A stretch of 64,000 nucleotides of DNA, taken from assembly GCA_964627085.1 (NCBI GenBank), contig CAZVIP010000002.1, positions 4,416-68,415 of the forward strand. Direction: 5' to 3'. This document shows, in pieces, positions 1-10,318 of this stretch. The position numbers were made by a program, and so were the translations under genes. Below the pieces are notes generated by a model, which was not told the DNA's origin, ran no database searches, and saw only the letters and a program-made list of their open reading frames with translations. Numbering within the stretch: the stretch's first letter is position 1; each line of letters begins with the position of its first letter. Source of the stretch: an uncultured Candidatus Saccharibacteria bacterium (lineage in GTDB: Bacteria > Patescibacteriota > Minisyncoccia > Phycocordibacterales > CAIZLB01).

Positions 1-25
1 CGCGTATGGAACAAAAAATCCACAC

Positions 26-328
26 ATGATTGCCTTTTTTCAAAAGTCACTCAGAGCTGCGGTCACGCAGTATCGCCGGAAACTACACAGTCCAAAAAAA
101 GGGCCAGCAAAAGTCACCCTGAAAAGAGTCCATCAATTCCCTGTCATCAAGGAAAGGATTCCGCTCTGGCGCCAAATGATAATCTGTTTCAGTCATCTTA
201 CTTCTGCTGGCGAGGATCTCTCACCAATTGAAAAAGAAGATTGGAATAGACATTCTGGTCAACCAATGAGTCACTTCTTAGACCCTGAATTCAGACAGGC
301 GCTGGAAGAAATGCGTTGGGCTTATTAG
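26..328 (+). CDS. hypothetical protein
   Basis: 100-aa ORF followed by a GC stem and T-tract at about 355-398; no recognised motif. Confidence 0.5.
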   Translation: MIAFFQKSLRAAVTQYRRKLHSPKKGPAKVTLKRVHQFPVIKERIPLWRQMIICFSHLTSAGEDLSPIEKEDWNRHSGQPMSHFLDPEFRQALEEMRWAY

Positions 329-425
329 CACTAGTCTCAAGCAAAAAAACCACACGGCCAACCTCACCCTCTTCTGGGTAAGGTTGGCCTGTTTTTTTAT
401 TTATATTTTTTCACAATTAAAATTC

Positions 426-453
426 AAAAGGCGCGAGCTTGCGCTCGCGCCTT
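426..453 (-). terminator. intrinsic terminator after 479..994
   Basis: AAGGCGCGAGC-ttgc-GCTCGCGCCTT stem, GCAA loop and U-tract on the minus strand. Confidence 0.75.
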
Positions 454-478
454 ATATCAAAGTTTGCTCACAGCATTG

Positions 479-994
479 CTATGCTGATTCAAACAATTGA
501 ACCACATTCTGGATAAATGACGTCATCGTTCCAAGTAGCTGAACCAGCTCGGCAGGTCCGGTAAAATCAAGACCGGTATTTGATCCAGACAAATGGACAA
601 AGCGCTCTACCGGCAGCGACTTCCACTCGTCACCAGACTCCTTTTCTCCAGCCTGCCCATATGTGACATCACACAAGGGATGAGGATCGGCGCCTGGCGG
701 TAAATAAAACAACTGTATCCTGAGCAATCGCCCCACCAATTTGACACTGATAAGGTTGTGCTCTACGACACAATGGTCGGCTTGGGTTATTTGGATACCA
801 AAGCGCTCACCTTCAGTCATGTGATACACCTCACGTGCCGAACTTCCGAAAAATAAAGGCATCTTCTCATCCTCAAACCTTTGCGAAATCGCAGCGGACG
901 CAGGAATCTTGAATACACCAGTTGTGCAGTATTGCTGCATGAATCTAGGGAGTCTATTCAATACATCCTCCCAGCTATGCATTATTTTTGCCAT
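479..994 (-). CDS. hypothetical protein, probable paralog of 1265..1945
   Basis: 171-aa ORF with its own terminator; shares PLxFG, GxLLxIxLF and GPxEL motifs with the neighbour. Confidence 0.7.
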   Translation of the reverse strand: MAKIMHSWEDVLNRLPRFMQQYCTTGVFKIPASAAISQRFEDEKMPLFFGSSAREVYHMTEGERFGIQITQADHCVVEHNLISVKLVGRLLRIQLFYLPPGADPHPLCDVTYGQAGEKESGDEWKSLPVERFVHLSGSNTGLDFTGPAELVQLLGTMTSFIQNVVQLFESA

Positions 995-1264
995 AGTTTT
1001 TTTGTTTCTATTGTTGTGGGGATTAGCCCGATTTTGTTTTGTTCTAAGCGATATGTTCCAGTGTTAGAACAATGCATTTGAAACGAGAACTGAGTGTGCG
1101 TGCGGTAGTTAGCCTCAACTGCACCGACTACAGCAAAGCTGAATCTACAACAAGGTTATCATGCCAGTGACCATGTTTCAATATAAAAAAGAGGCACGAC
1201 CCTGCTTTGGGTGCGTGCCTCTTCGAGATTAATTCTGCTTTGAACTGAACTTTGACACCGAATG

Positions 1265-1945
1265 TTAACCGAAATATTTTGACACATCGCCAACAAACTC
1301 CATGACGGAGTCCACAAAGGTTGCCAACTCATCAGGACCAAACTGATCCGAAAGTTGTAAGCCGTGAGGAAAACATGTCGCATACTTAGTCGTCGGCAAA
1401 CCGAAGCTCGGATGTTCTGATCCCGTATCAATGACTCGACCCTCCTTGTCCATATATTGCTTAGGGTCAGCTGAATACTTGTCGCTATATATGCAGATAT
1501 ATTTAGCACTAAATACGAGTATTGGGGCCATGCTTGCTGGTTTTTGCACCGCTATCACTGTATCAGCATTGGCCTGACCTTGTGCCACCTGTTCGCCCCT
1601 GTCATTGCTAAATGGCTTTATCTGGAATAATTCAATGGAAAGCAAAGCTCCGGCATCAACCGTATGGTGCTTGTGGCCTTCGGCGGATGCATCACCAAGA
1701 CAGATATGAAAAGCAAATTGCATATCAAACCTATAATACACTGGATCAAAAACCTTATAGCGATCCCTGCCGAAGCCAAGTGGGACACTACCACCCCTAT
1801 GATCGTGCGTCCCGTTTGTAGCAAAAGCAAAACCTGTCCGCACAGGTAATATCTCTCTACTGCAGACCCCAGACCCGTAATTGGCAAGGAATGAACTCGC
1901 CATTTTTTGGACATGTGCCCAGTTAAAATTCTGAAGCTGTTTCAT
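1265..1945 (-). CDS. hypothetical protein, probable paralog of 479..994
   Basis: 226-aa ORF, same shared motifs, downstream hairpin at about 1185-1222. Confidence 0.7.
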   Translation of the reverse strand: MKQLQNFNWAHVQKMASSFLANYGSGVCSREILPVRTGFAFATNGTHDHRGGSVPLGFGRDRYKVFDPVYYRFDMQFAFHICLGDASAEGHKHHTVDAGALLSIELFQIKPFSNDRGEQVAQGQANADTVIAVQKPASMAPILVFSAKYICIYSDKYSADPKQYMDKEGRVIDTGSEHPSFGLPTTKYATCFPHGLQLSDQFGPDELATFVDSVMEFVGDVSKYFG

Positions 1946-2182
1946 CGTGTTTTATCTTTCTATGTTTGACGTTGTATGTAGATGGCAGTTGATGCGGTTT
2001 GCATAAACCAAGCCATATAAAGTGAATGAACTAGCAAGATTAAAGTACCATGAAGATTTCAACATGGCAATATGCCATATGCGCGCCTAAGACACAAAGT
2101 CAAAGTATTTTTGAAAATAAAAAGCCCTTTTGCGAAGGGCTCTTTATCCTAAATAATTAACAATAGATTTAGCAAAAACAGA

Positions 2183-2584
2183 CTAACTATTCTTGATATA
2201 TTTCTTTGATGCAAAATAGAAAATGAGGACGACACCGACAAATGCAATCGATTCATATGTCAAAATTCCTGTTTGCAATAATTTCCAAAGTCTAAATCCC
2301 CCACCAATCAAGACCAAAATGATTGTCGACTGAGTTACCACCTTGTTCGCATCTTTGATGATGTAAGTCTTATTAACATATTTTGATGAATAAATAACAC
2401 CAAGCCAAATACTCACCAAACTGAGCAACATAAGTATTGGCATGAGTAGTTTTGGATTATCTGCAAAAGCCAATGTAAGCGGAGCACCGATAATAAGTGC
2501 GATCAAAAAAGGTACAGCAAAACCAGCGGTTAACCAATGTGTTGTAGCAATATACCAATCTGATGAATTCTTTTTTTGTTTCAT
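2183..2584 (-). CDS. membrane protein, about 4 TM
   Basis: four hydrophobic segments; terminator hairpin at about 2119-2145. Confidence 0.75.
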   Translation of the reverse strand: MKQKKNSSDWYIATTHWLTAGFAVPFLIALIIGAPLTLAFADNPKLLMPILMLLSLVSIWLGVIYSSKYVNKTYIIKDANKVVTQSTIILVLIGGGFRLWKLLQTGILTYESIAFVGVVLIFYFASKKYIKNS

Positions 2585-2730
2585 AATTTAATTATATATT
2601 ACTTGTTAAAAGATTTGAATACACAGCTTGACTCAAACTCTAGTGCATGGGACGATATCTTCGAAAGTTTCAAAGCAAATAAGGACTGCTTTGGAACAAT
2701 ATGTTCTTTGTCCTACAACCAATAATTAAT

Positions 2731-3480
2731 ATGAGTCAAGAAACTCCAAGTGCCACTAGTGCACCACCAGTAATAGGTCCAGTAACCACTGGTGCTACAG
2801 ACCCAGCCACTGACCACAGCCAAGAACCAGAACACGCATTCACCCTTCAGACCGAAACAGCTGTCTTGCCTGTGGACCCGGATGCTGAACTGCTTCAACA
2901 GCTACAACCAGAGGATATACTCAAGCAAATAAGAGCTGCTGTCACTGAATTTATCGAGAAAGCAAATAAGAGTTTACGCGAAGCAGAATCTAGGTCTAAC
3001 GAGCTACGCAGATTACTCGAGGTATACCCTCCTGGCGTAGTGAAAGCCTTACTCGAAAAATGCACAATGGGCACGGTTTTTTCTCCAATGATTACCGCAG
3101 CTATGCGAGATCACAACAGGAAAATAAAGTTACCGAGCACAGGCGATGAGCCAGCGTTCTTGACTGAAGTGGACTTTAAGAGGCTTCCGACACTGATTGC
3201 GCATTATCTGATACCAATACTCAATGAAACCTACGCAATCGGTGAGATGTTTAAAATAGCTGACATCAGAGCTTTGCTAAGAGCAAAATTCGGAAAGAAA
3301 GGTAATGGTAATTGGGCGGCCAGTGGCTACTTGGCAACCGCTCTAAACAACAGAACAGAGGGGCTTGTATTCACTCAAGGTGAGTTTACACCTACAACCA
3401 GGGTATCAACATCAACCTATCACCGAACCCAAGTGTTAACCTTGAAGGAAAAATGGCTCTCTCATCTTAATGATCTGTAA
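2731..3480 (+). CDS. hypothetical protein
   Basis: long ORF (ATG 2731 preferred over 2701); low-complexity N-terminus and a coiled-coil; terminator at 3488-3531. Confidence 0.7.
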   Translation: MSQETPSATSAPPVIGPVTTGATDPATDHSQEPEHAFTLQTETAVLPVDPDAELLQQLQPEDILKQIRAAVTEFIEKANKSLREAESRSNELRRLLEVYPPGVVKALLEKCTMGTVFSPMITAAMRDHNRKIKLPSTGDEPAFLTEVDFKRLPTLIAHYLIPILNETYAIGEMFKIADIRALLRAKFGKKGNGNWAASGYLATALNNRTEGLVFTQGEFTPTTRVSTSTYHRTQVLTLKEKWLSHLNDL

Positions 3481-3550
3481 GCTGAATAAATCGCGCACCC
3501 TTCCCTTTTTGGGACGGGTGCGATTTGTTTTATGTGTATTTATGCGGTAG

Positions 3551-3964
3551 TTAAATTTCCAAACCCGCAAGCAAACCCTTGATTTCGTCTTTGATTCTTC
3601 TGGTTTCAATGAGGTCTTTGTTTTTTGGATCGAGCACAAACCATCGAATTAATTTTGGAGAATCAATTAAGTATTGTGGTAAATCTTCATCTTCAAGAAT
3701 TGCGATGACTTTATCAGAATTATTTACCATATCTTCAGTTACCTGCTTTCGTATTGCAGTGCTGATATCTAGACCCTCCTCTAACATGACATCAATGACA
3801 GCCTGTGTGAGTGGTACTAAATTTCCGATTGGTTCCTCGGGGCCACTTAATTTTGTGCCCGCGGATACTGCCTCGTATTTATTTGCATATAGTTTATGTA
3901 CCAAGAATTCAGCCATTTGACTTCTACCTACATTTCCTCGGCATAAGAATAGGATTTTTTTCAT
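3551..3964 (-). CDS. low-molecular-weight phosphatase / ArsC-like protein
   Basis: ILFLCRGNVGRSQMAE P-loop (C-X5-R), SAGT, W-x-x-x-DP. Confidence 0.88.
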   Translation of the reverse strand: MKKILFLCRGNVGRSQMAEFLVHKLYANKYEAVSAGTKLSGPEEPIGNLVPLTQAVIDVMLEEGLDISTAIRKQVTEDMVNNSDKVIAILEDEDLPQYLIDSPKLIRWFVLDPKNKDLIETRRIKDEIKGLLAGLEI

Positions 3965-4081
3965 AGATGGATTGTATCATTTTTTTGTTTGGCTTTTATA
4001 TACAATTTAACCCCACGCAGACCAGTGCTGCGCGGGGCTTTGAAGTTAAGCGGGTTTAAGTGAGATTGAGCAGGTGTTTAA

Positions 4082-4738
4082 CTATTTATGTCGAAGCTCA
4101 ATAATATAGGTCTTACTCAATTCCCCACTTTTTTGTGCATGATAAGCATATGTGAGTTTTGAGCCATTTAAATAAGCTTCTGGTAGTGGGTCAAAATCCG
4201 CAAAACGAGAGCACATGACAAGTGCACGGCCATTCTTTGTCAAATACCTTGGAAGTTCATCGACAAACTTTTTGAGTAAAGTTGCATCATCACTCCAGAG
4301 TGACCACTTCCCTATTTTTGATTTAACGCGTTTTGGATGCGAAGCTGGTGCATTAAAAAGAATTAGATCATATTTTCCTTTTACTTCACTAAATACATTT
4401 GATTGTTTAATTTTTATTGCCGCATTATTTTGTCTAAAGTTTTCTTGTGCATTTACGACTGCATCTTCTGTGATATCAGTTGCATAGATATTGCTTACGC
4501 CTTTTTTCCATACAAGTAGCGCTAGTATGCCACACCCTGTGCCAAGGTCGAGCACTTTTTCATCTTGAGCGATGGGATATTTTTTTAAAAGAGAAATAAA
4601 CATTTTTGTAGACTTTCCATTTTTCGGGTTCCAAATGCCTGCTCCACTCTTGAGGGTGAGTCCTGCGATACGAATTTTTGCTGGAGCATTATCCGGTGCT
4701 CGAGAGTCGATAAATGAGAGGTGTTCTCTGATATTCAT
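4082..4738 (-). CDS. class I SAM-dependent methyltransferase (MTS/HemK-like)
   Basis: VLDLGTGCG motif I and YDLILFNAP motif IV variant; ATG 4738 preferred. Confidence 0.85.
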   Translation of the reverse strand: MNIREHLSFIDSRAPDNAPAKIRIAGLTLKSGAGIWNPKNGKSTKMFISLLKKYPIAQDEKVLDLGTGCGILALLVWKKGVSNIYATDITEDAVVNAQENFRQNNAAIKIKQSNVFSEVKGKYDLILFNAPASHPKRVKSKIGKWSLWSDDATLLKKFVDELPRYLTKNGRALVMCSRFADFDPLPEAYLNGSKLTYAYHAQKSGELSKTYIIELRHK

Positions 4739-4803
4739 ATGGTTGTGTGTTGTGTGACTAAGGTGTTGTGTGTGAATAATAATATAGACATATAACACAT
4801 CTT

Positions 4804-5307
4804 TCAAGTTATATAGTGATTCGGTTTTTTAAGACTTACTTGCTCTTTTATATTCGTGAACACGACAAACGATATCTTTGAATTTATTTGAACGATGTTT
4901 ACTGTAAAGTTTTTTTTGTATGACTCAATCAGATGTTTATTATCATTATCTACTATACCCACAAACTTTCGCTCAGTTGATTTAACTTCTAATATTGCTT
5001 GTTTAAGCAATTCATATCCATATCCGTGATTTCTATATTCTGGTTTTGTGAATAAGCATGATGCGAATATAAAATCATCGAATAATGCTTTTGCTTTTTC
5101 AGTTATCTCAGAGTCTTCAGGACAAATATCGAACAAAGCAATACCTGAGACAAAATTTGATTCTTTGTATAAAAATAATAGTTTGGAATAAAGAGTTTCA
5201 ATGCCATTAATCCAGGGTATTTCTTTGAAATTTTGTTGTATTAATCTAATGTATTCAAAGTAATCAGAATCTTTTTTGGAGTTTTGTGTGATAGTGTTTA
5301 TGTTCAT
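4804..5307 (-). CDS. GNAT family N-acetyltransferase
   Basis: LFTKPEYRNHGYGYELL acetyl-CoA binding motif A. Confidence 0.8.
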   Translation of the reverse strand: MNINTITQNSKKDSDYFEYIRLIQQNFKEIPWINGIETLYSKLLFLYKESNFVSGIALFDICPEDSEITEKAKALFDDFIFASCLFTKPEYRNHGYGYELLKQAILEVKSTERKFVGIVDNDNKHLIESYKKNFTVNIVQINSKISFVVFTNIKEQVSLKKPNHYIT

Positions 5308-5345
5308 TTCATTGGTGATTATCTATTTATCAATCAACCACGATG

Positions 5346-5705
5346 CTATGAAATAATCTGAATGTAGTTAAATATAAAATAACTTGCAATCAGAATCGCA
5401 ACACCTATAGCTATAAGCAACCAAAATAATTTACGTCGGTTGCTTGTATATAATTTCTTTAACAGAAAAATATAGCTTGTTACAACAAATAGTGAAATGA
5501 AGGTAATCACCATCGCAATATACGATAGAGTGGCATCGTCTCCTTTAAACATGTATTCAGACAATGAACACGAATTGTCAACAGAAATTGAACATTGATA
5601 TTTACCCTCTATGCCTACCAGATTAATTTTTTTGAGCACATCGATGGTTCTCAAAAAGATAATGATAATTGGTGCAATGAGGCTAATCAGTGTAATTTTT
5701 TTCAT
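5346..5705 (-). CDS. small membrane protein
   Basis: three hydrophobic segments and a Cys pair in the loop; extended -10 six nt before the ATG. Confidence 0.7.
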   Translation of the reverse strand: MKKITLISLIAPIIIIFLRTIDVLKKINLVGIEGKYQCSISVDNSCSLSEYMFKGDDATLSYIAMVITFISLFVVTSYIFLLKKLYTSNRRKLFWLLIAIGVAILIASYFIFNYIQIIS

Positions 5706-5775
5706 TTGTTAATTATACCATACAGACCCTTATCCGAATTGTAAGTAAAATTTAGTCGCATATTTGTAAAGTGGC

Positions 5776-6324
5776 TTACCTACTATCACGTAATGTTTCC
5801 TTTAGAGGATCGAAATTTACAAACTGGATACCACCTGAAACGGCATCATCGAGATTTAAATGACCTCTAACATGTGCTTCTTCATGCTGATATAGACGAG
5901 CTTTAAATCCATCAATTTTTTCAGAACGATTAATTCCTGTGCCATCTGTCCACTCCATCACTATCCATTCAGGTCGTTCAACATCGGCAGCGAGGATACC
6001 TGCACTCATGCAGAGCTCTTTATAAAAATTAGTCGTGGTAGATTTTTCTATAATTCTTGGATTAATAAACACTTCCGTCTTGTCATCCAGAAAGGTTATG
6101 AAAACAGATTTACCCATTCCAATTTGTGGCGCTGCGAGACCTCTGCCATAGCCGGTAATTTCACGATACTTGAGTAATACCTTTTCGAGCTTCTTTGCAA
6201 TTTCTAGTCCATCTTCCAAAGATGTTTCTTCGGTCTTTTCACGTAGCACAGCATTACCTGCATAATGTATCTCGGGTATCTCTTTTAGGATGATTTTGAA
6301 GATTTCTATCTTGTCGATATTCAT
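5776..6324 (-). CDS. def: peptide deformylase (accessory copy)
   Basis: GRGLAAPQIG, ELCMS (EGCLS variant), QHEEAH. Confidence 0.85.
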   Translation of the reverse strand: MNIDKIEIFKIILKEIPEIHYAGNAVLREKTEETSLEDGLEIAKKLEKVLLKYREITGYGRGLAAPQIGMGKSVFITFLDDKTEVFINPRIIEKSTTTNFYKELCMSAGILAADVERPEWIVMEWTDGTGINRSEKIDGFKARLYQHEEAHVRGHLNLDDAVSGGIQFVNFDPLKETLRDSR

Positions 6325-6342
6325 GGGGTTATTGTAGCATTG

Positions 6343-7548
6343 TTAATCTTTGAACCTTAATTTACTTTCATCCACCAAACTACTATGGGGCACACCTTCA
6401 AAATCAAGCCTTATTACTGCAATCGGTGTTTCATTTCTAAATATACCCTTAATAAATCCTGCTAACTTATTCCAAACCGTTGGTGGTTTTTGATAACTAG
6501 AATTAATAATAGTTACATAATGTTCAGCTGAAAGCACTGATGCAGCTAATCCTTGTTTTACCCTTTCTTTTGAAAATTCATTCAAGTCTTTATTTTTAAT
6601 AATATACTCATACAAAACGCCAACATCTTCCAGTCCGAGGTTTACTCCTTGCCCCATAAATGGAAGTATCGTGTGAGCGGCATCACCAATAAGAACAGTG
6701 TTACTTTTTTCATCATAATACGTATTCATTTCTATGATATTTAAATCTGCAAAACGAAGCGACTTTAAATCATTTTCAGTGTTTAGATTTTCATATATGT
6801 GAGGAAAAGATTCTTGTACAAAATTAATTACACTATCAGAATTTTCTGTTACATCTTTTGGAAGTATAAGTGTACATTTTAGTGATTTTTTTGAATTAGG
6901 CATGCCTACCATGCAATGATCTTTACGTGGCCATATATTGATAGCATGTAGGGCTTGTTTTGGTACATGATCCATCCCGAGTGATACTTGCGTGTATCTG
7001 TGTGAAAACTTTTCTTTGTGAATTTGTATTGATAGATCAGATACATTCACTAACTCTCGGACTTTTGAATTTGCACCATCTGCGCCGACAAGTAAATCTC
7101 CTTTTTCAAAAGTTTTAATTTCGCCGTTTACATCAAAAGTTAATGTATCTGAAGTACTGTTTACGAGTTGGTGGTTTGAATACAAAGATATATTTGGTGT
7201 ATTTTTTGCTTCAGTAAAAATTATGTCCGCAAGAGTGTTTCTGTCTACTGCATAATTTACCCATTCTTTTTTTCCATATGGCATAAAAACAGAATCCCAT
7301 GTCGGTAGGTGTCGAAATCGACCTGTAAGAGGAAAAGCTTTTTGTAAGAATATGTCCCATAGTCCCAGATCCTTCACTATCTTTTGACCTCGAGGTGAGA
7401 TAAGTAGTGATATAGATGGAAAACCCTCAGATGTTTGACCGACTTCTGACCTTTTTTCAAATAGGTTTATTTTGTAACCTGCTCGAGCAAGGAGTATGGC
7501 GAGGCCTGAGCCGACTGGTCCGGAACCGATGATTGAGATGGTTTGCAT
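6343..7548 (-). CDS. FAD-dependent monooxygenase, kynurenine 3-monooxygenase-like
   Basis: GSGPVG, GADGANSKVR, IWPR, LIGDAAHTILPFMGQGVNLGLED; ATG 7548 follows an extended -10. Confidence 0.8.
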   Translation of the reverse strand: MQTISIIGSGPVGSGLAILLARAGYKINLFEKRSEVGQTSEGFPSISLLISPRGQKIVKDLGLWDIFLQKAFPLTGRFRHLPTWDSVFMPYGKKEWVNYAVDRNTLADIIFTEAKNTPNISLYSNHQLVNSTSDTLTFDVNGEIKTFEKGDLLVGADGANSKVRELVNVSDLSIQIHKEKFSHRYTQVSLGMDHVPKQALHAINIWPRKDHCMVGMPNSKKSLKCTLILPKDVTENSDSVINFVQESFPHIYENLNTENDLKSLRFADLNIIEMNTYYDEKSNTVLIGDAAHTILPFMGQGVNLGLEDVGVLYEYIIKNKDLNEFSKERVKQGLAASVLSAEHYVTIINSSYQKPPTVWNKLAGFIKGIFRNETPIAVIRLDFEGVPHSSLVDESKLRFKD

Positions 7549-8188
7549 AGATAGAGTATAGCAATTGGTATGACACTTGTACCAGACGTTAAGTTTATGC
7601 ATTGCTCGCGCAAAGGAATATCTATCATTTTATATCACTTCTCAATGGATACTACAAACGTAGGCAAAAGACGAGGCCGGTGCAAAAAAATGGTTTGCAC
7701 CGGCCTGTGTATGAAACCTCATTGAGGTGGAACAACTGTTGCGTTTGGGATCTGTGAGCGACGAATCCTGTTCCATGTTTTGCATGGTATACAAGAAATC
7801 TTGTACGCATACCCGGTGACTTACCTATTCCTCACCATTGATTACTCTTTGGCTACTTTTCGACGCAGTAGTATATTCTTTATCTTTTCTTACATCCTCT
7901 TTTGAAGGCTGTTTTCTTCCGAATTTCTTCGGTGCAGAATTGGGATTTCCCTTGGTCTGCTATTGTGGTGTACCACCCGTTGGCATATTACGGGGCTACT
8001 ACAGAGTCTTGTACTCGGCGTTTGGCATGGCATATTTATACACCAGATATAAATCTGGTCAACCCTTCTCGAACACTCTAATCCACTCTCTCAATGAGGG
8101 CCCACTTGCATATCTCTCAGGTCCACTGAATAACCCCCCTTCGAACAAGAAGCCGTATTCACGGATTGATAACCTCGATTAATCATCT

Positions 8189-8707
8189 CTAACTTAATAT
8201 ACCAACCCTAACCAGTGCATCTTCTAAATATTCACCATGCTTAAGAATTATTTTCTCATTTGGTTGTTTTAAGAAATCTTCAAAATCTGTTTCAATTGAA
8301 TTTGCAACCCTGTTAACAAATTCTTCATTTGCACCCCTATTTCTCGCACGGGTTTTATACTCTTCCTTGCAAATGGGATCTGGATACGCTAGTAAAAAAT
8401 TAATTCCATAATCTCTCATCTCTTTAAAAGGCATGCAAGGTGCGATGAGTATTATTGCGTGTTCGTTATTTTTACTTTCTTTAATGATCGCATCGTAATA
8501 GTTAGTTGGCCACTCTGGATTAATATCACGTTTTGTTGACTTGAGAGATTCTTTGTTTTTCACAGTTTTTTGCTCATCTGTCAAAATGTACTTATGGTCA
8601 CCGCTTGGCAGTTCTATTATCTCCTTATGTTTTTTTGTTAAATATGTTTTACCTGTACAAATCCAGGCGCTGATTATGATTGGTTTTTTATTGACCTCTT
8701 TTTTCAT
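8189..8707 (-). CDS. P-loop nucleotide-kinase-like protein
   Basis: IIISAWICTGKT Walker A variant; the upstream ORF extension to 8791 runs into a repeat, so ATG 8707 is preferred. Confidence 0.7.
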   Translation of the reverse strand: MKKEVNKKPIIISAWICTGKTYLTKKHKEIIELPSGDHKYILTDEQKTVKNKESLKSTKRDINPEWPTNYYDAIIKESKNNEHAIILIAPCMPFKEMRDYGINFLLAYPDPICKEEYKTRARNRGANEEFVNRVANSIETDFEDFLKQPNEKIILKHGEYLEDALVRVGILS

Positions 8708-8747
8708 ATGTTTAATGTAATTATGATTTTTGTGCCTGTTGTTGAAG

Positions 8748-8984
8748 TGTGCGTCGCTCGCACAAGTGTATTTTGCTCCAAGTTTTCGCAAAATACTGAG
8801 TGCGCCGACATCACGATTTTATAGTCGCTCGCTTTGCTCCTTCCCTTTTTAAACTCTTGCGCGCAGCTGGTACTAACATATTTTCTTCGTAAAGCTCGAA
8901 AACATGAAGTACCCCTGCCTCACAAATTTATGGTCGCTCTGCTCTCTAAATTCTGTGATATCAAATCGACCTTTCTCATGCGTA
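8748..8984. repeat. hairpin-rich dispersed element, copy 1 (REP/MITE-like)
   Basis: 8748-8828 is identical to 10319-10399 (81 bp); the right end cgacctttctcatgcgta matches 10501-10518 at 16/18. Confidence 0.85.
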
Positions 8985-9053
8985 TTTCTGGAAGCTTTTC
9001 ATTTGTGGTGTATGACATATACATAACTTAAATGACAGGGTGGTCACAAGCTA

Positions 9054-9100
9054 TTGAACCATTACGGTCCATTGACATAAACTAATAAATATTATATCGT
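9054..9100 (+). promoter_or_regulatory. sigma70-type promoter with shared upstream box
   Basis: TTGAACCATTACGG-tcc-A-TTGACA-17nt-TATCGT; the same box is present at 17806-17829 on the minus strand. Confidence 0.65.
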
Positions 9101-9137
9101 CTATTTAGAAAACAGACAACCCCAACCCCAACCAACA

Positions 9138-9623
9138 ATGATCCCACCAATTCCGAGCGATTTGATCCAATTTGGACTTTTTAAAGACTTCAAGGTCCAG
9201 ATACCCTTTCTTGACCAATGGGCCTTCCTCCTAAACAACTTTCACATGCACTTTCCGACAGTTGATGGAGTGTGTGATGGAGAGACAGTAGAAGGACGCG
9301 AGGCTGTCAGTGTAGCTATAAATAAGTTGATAGGTCAATGGGAGAATCCTTTACGTGCATATCTCATCATATACCCTGATCAATTTAACCCACTCGATTG
9401 CTACAGCGACCTTAGACTCTCGCAAAGTTCAAAAGAATTCCATGAAGTCCTCTATGTTGTAGCAGAGAAAGAAGGATTTTCTCGACAGCAACTAAGTGAC
9501 GCCACCGCGCGACGGTATTCTTGGACTATGGAGAGTGACACTAGTAAATGGGTGGAAGTTTTAGCCCCCATCTATATCGCTATGCGCGAGAAGGGTTACT
9601 CACACCGTGACCTGACTGGCTAA
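9138..9623 (+). CDS. hypothetical protein
   Basis: 161-aa ORF between a promoter and a terminator stem at 9636-9663. Confidence 0.75.
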   Translation: MIPPIPSDLIQFGLFKDFKVQIPFLDQWAFLLNNFHMHFPTVDGVCDGETVEGREAVSVAINKLIGQWENPLRAYLIIYPDQFNPLDCYSDLRLSQSSKEFHEVLYVVAEKEGFSRQQLSDATARRYSWTMESDTSKWVEVLAPIYIAMREKGYSHRDLTG

Positions 9624-10025
9624 CCAACAAACTACGACCGCCGTTTTTTTTAAAACGGCGGTCTAACCATTTTATGAAGTCGAGTTATTTGTAATAATCT
9701 AATCCATGTGTGCGCCACCCCACATCTCTATCCTAGCACCATACACAGCCTCAATTGAAGTATTTTTTGTCTTGTTGATTGAACTATTCCCAAATGACAG
9801 TTTTGTTGCAACCGACTATGCCATCGTTACGCCATTTTCTCCGTAAATATTTGCCCTCTCTATTTTAATGTCGCCGTTTTGAGCCAAAAAGCTAATTATT
9901 TTAGCAGATGTATTTGTATTATTAATATTCAACTCACTATTTAATTTTGTTATAGCATTAATATATTTATATTTAATGTTTTTAAATAGTTCAACCATCC
10001 TTCTTGAAAGATATATCTTGCTAAT

Positions 10026-10255
10026 TACCACCTAATTAATCCAATAATAGCAGTTACTACATAAAAAACTGCAATACCGAAAAAGACCATCTTTTATCGA
10101 TTATTGCCCAACCAGCGAAAAGTAGTGCTGATATTAAAAGCAATGTAAAACCTAATATTTCATTTCTTGTATTTGATGCAAGTAAGAGTGCATATATTAT
10201 ATGCAAGAAAAGAACCGATGAATTCAAATATGGTAGTTATCTTGTTTTTGTTCAT
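10026..10255 (-). pseudogene. degraded small membrane protein gene
   Basis: MNKNKITTIFEFIGS, then a frameshift to IIYALLLASN...LLFAGWAIIR*KMVFFGIAVFYVVTAIIGLIRW* with an internal stop. Confidence 0.55.
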
Positions 10256-10318
10256 ATTGTATTATGAGTATAAAAAACTTTAACCCTTCTCGAGTGCTCG
10301 AACTATCAATCTAAATTT

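Noticed and set aside
7700-10255. Stop-codon reassignment as the cause of broken ORFs
   Set aside because: Core genes translate fully with code 11 and end in TAA, TAG or TGA; the breaks include frameshifts
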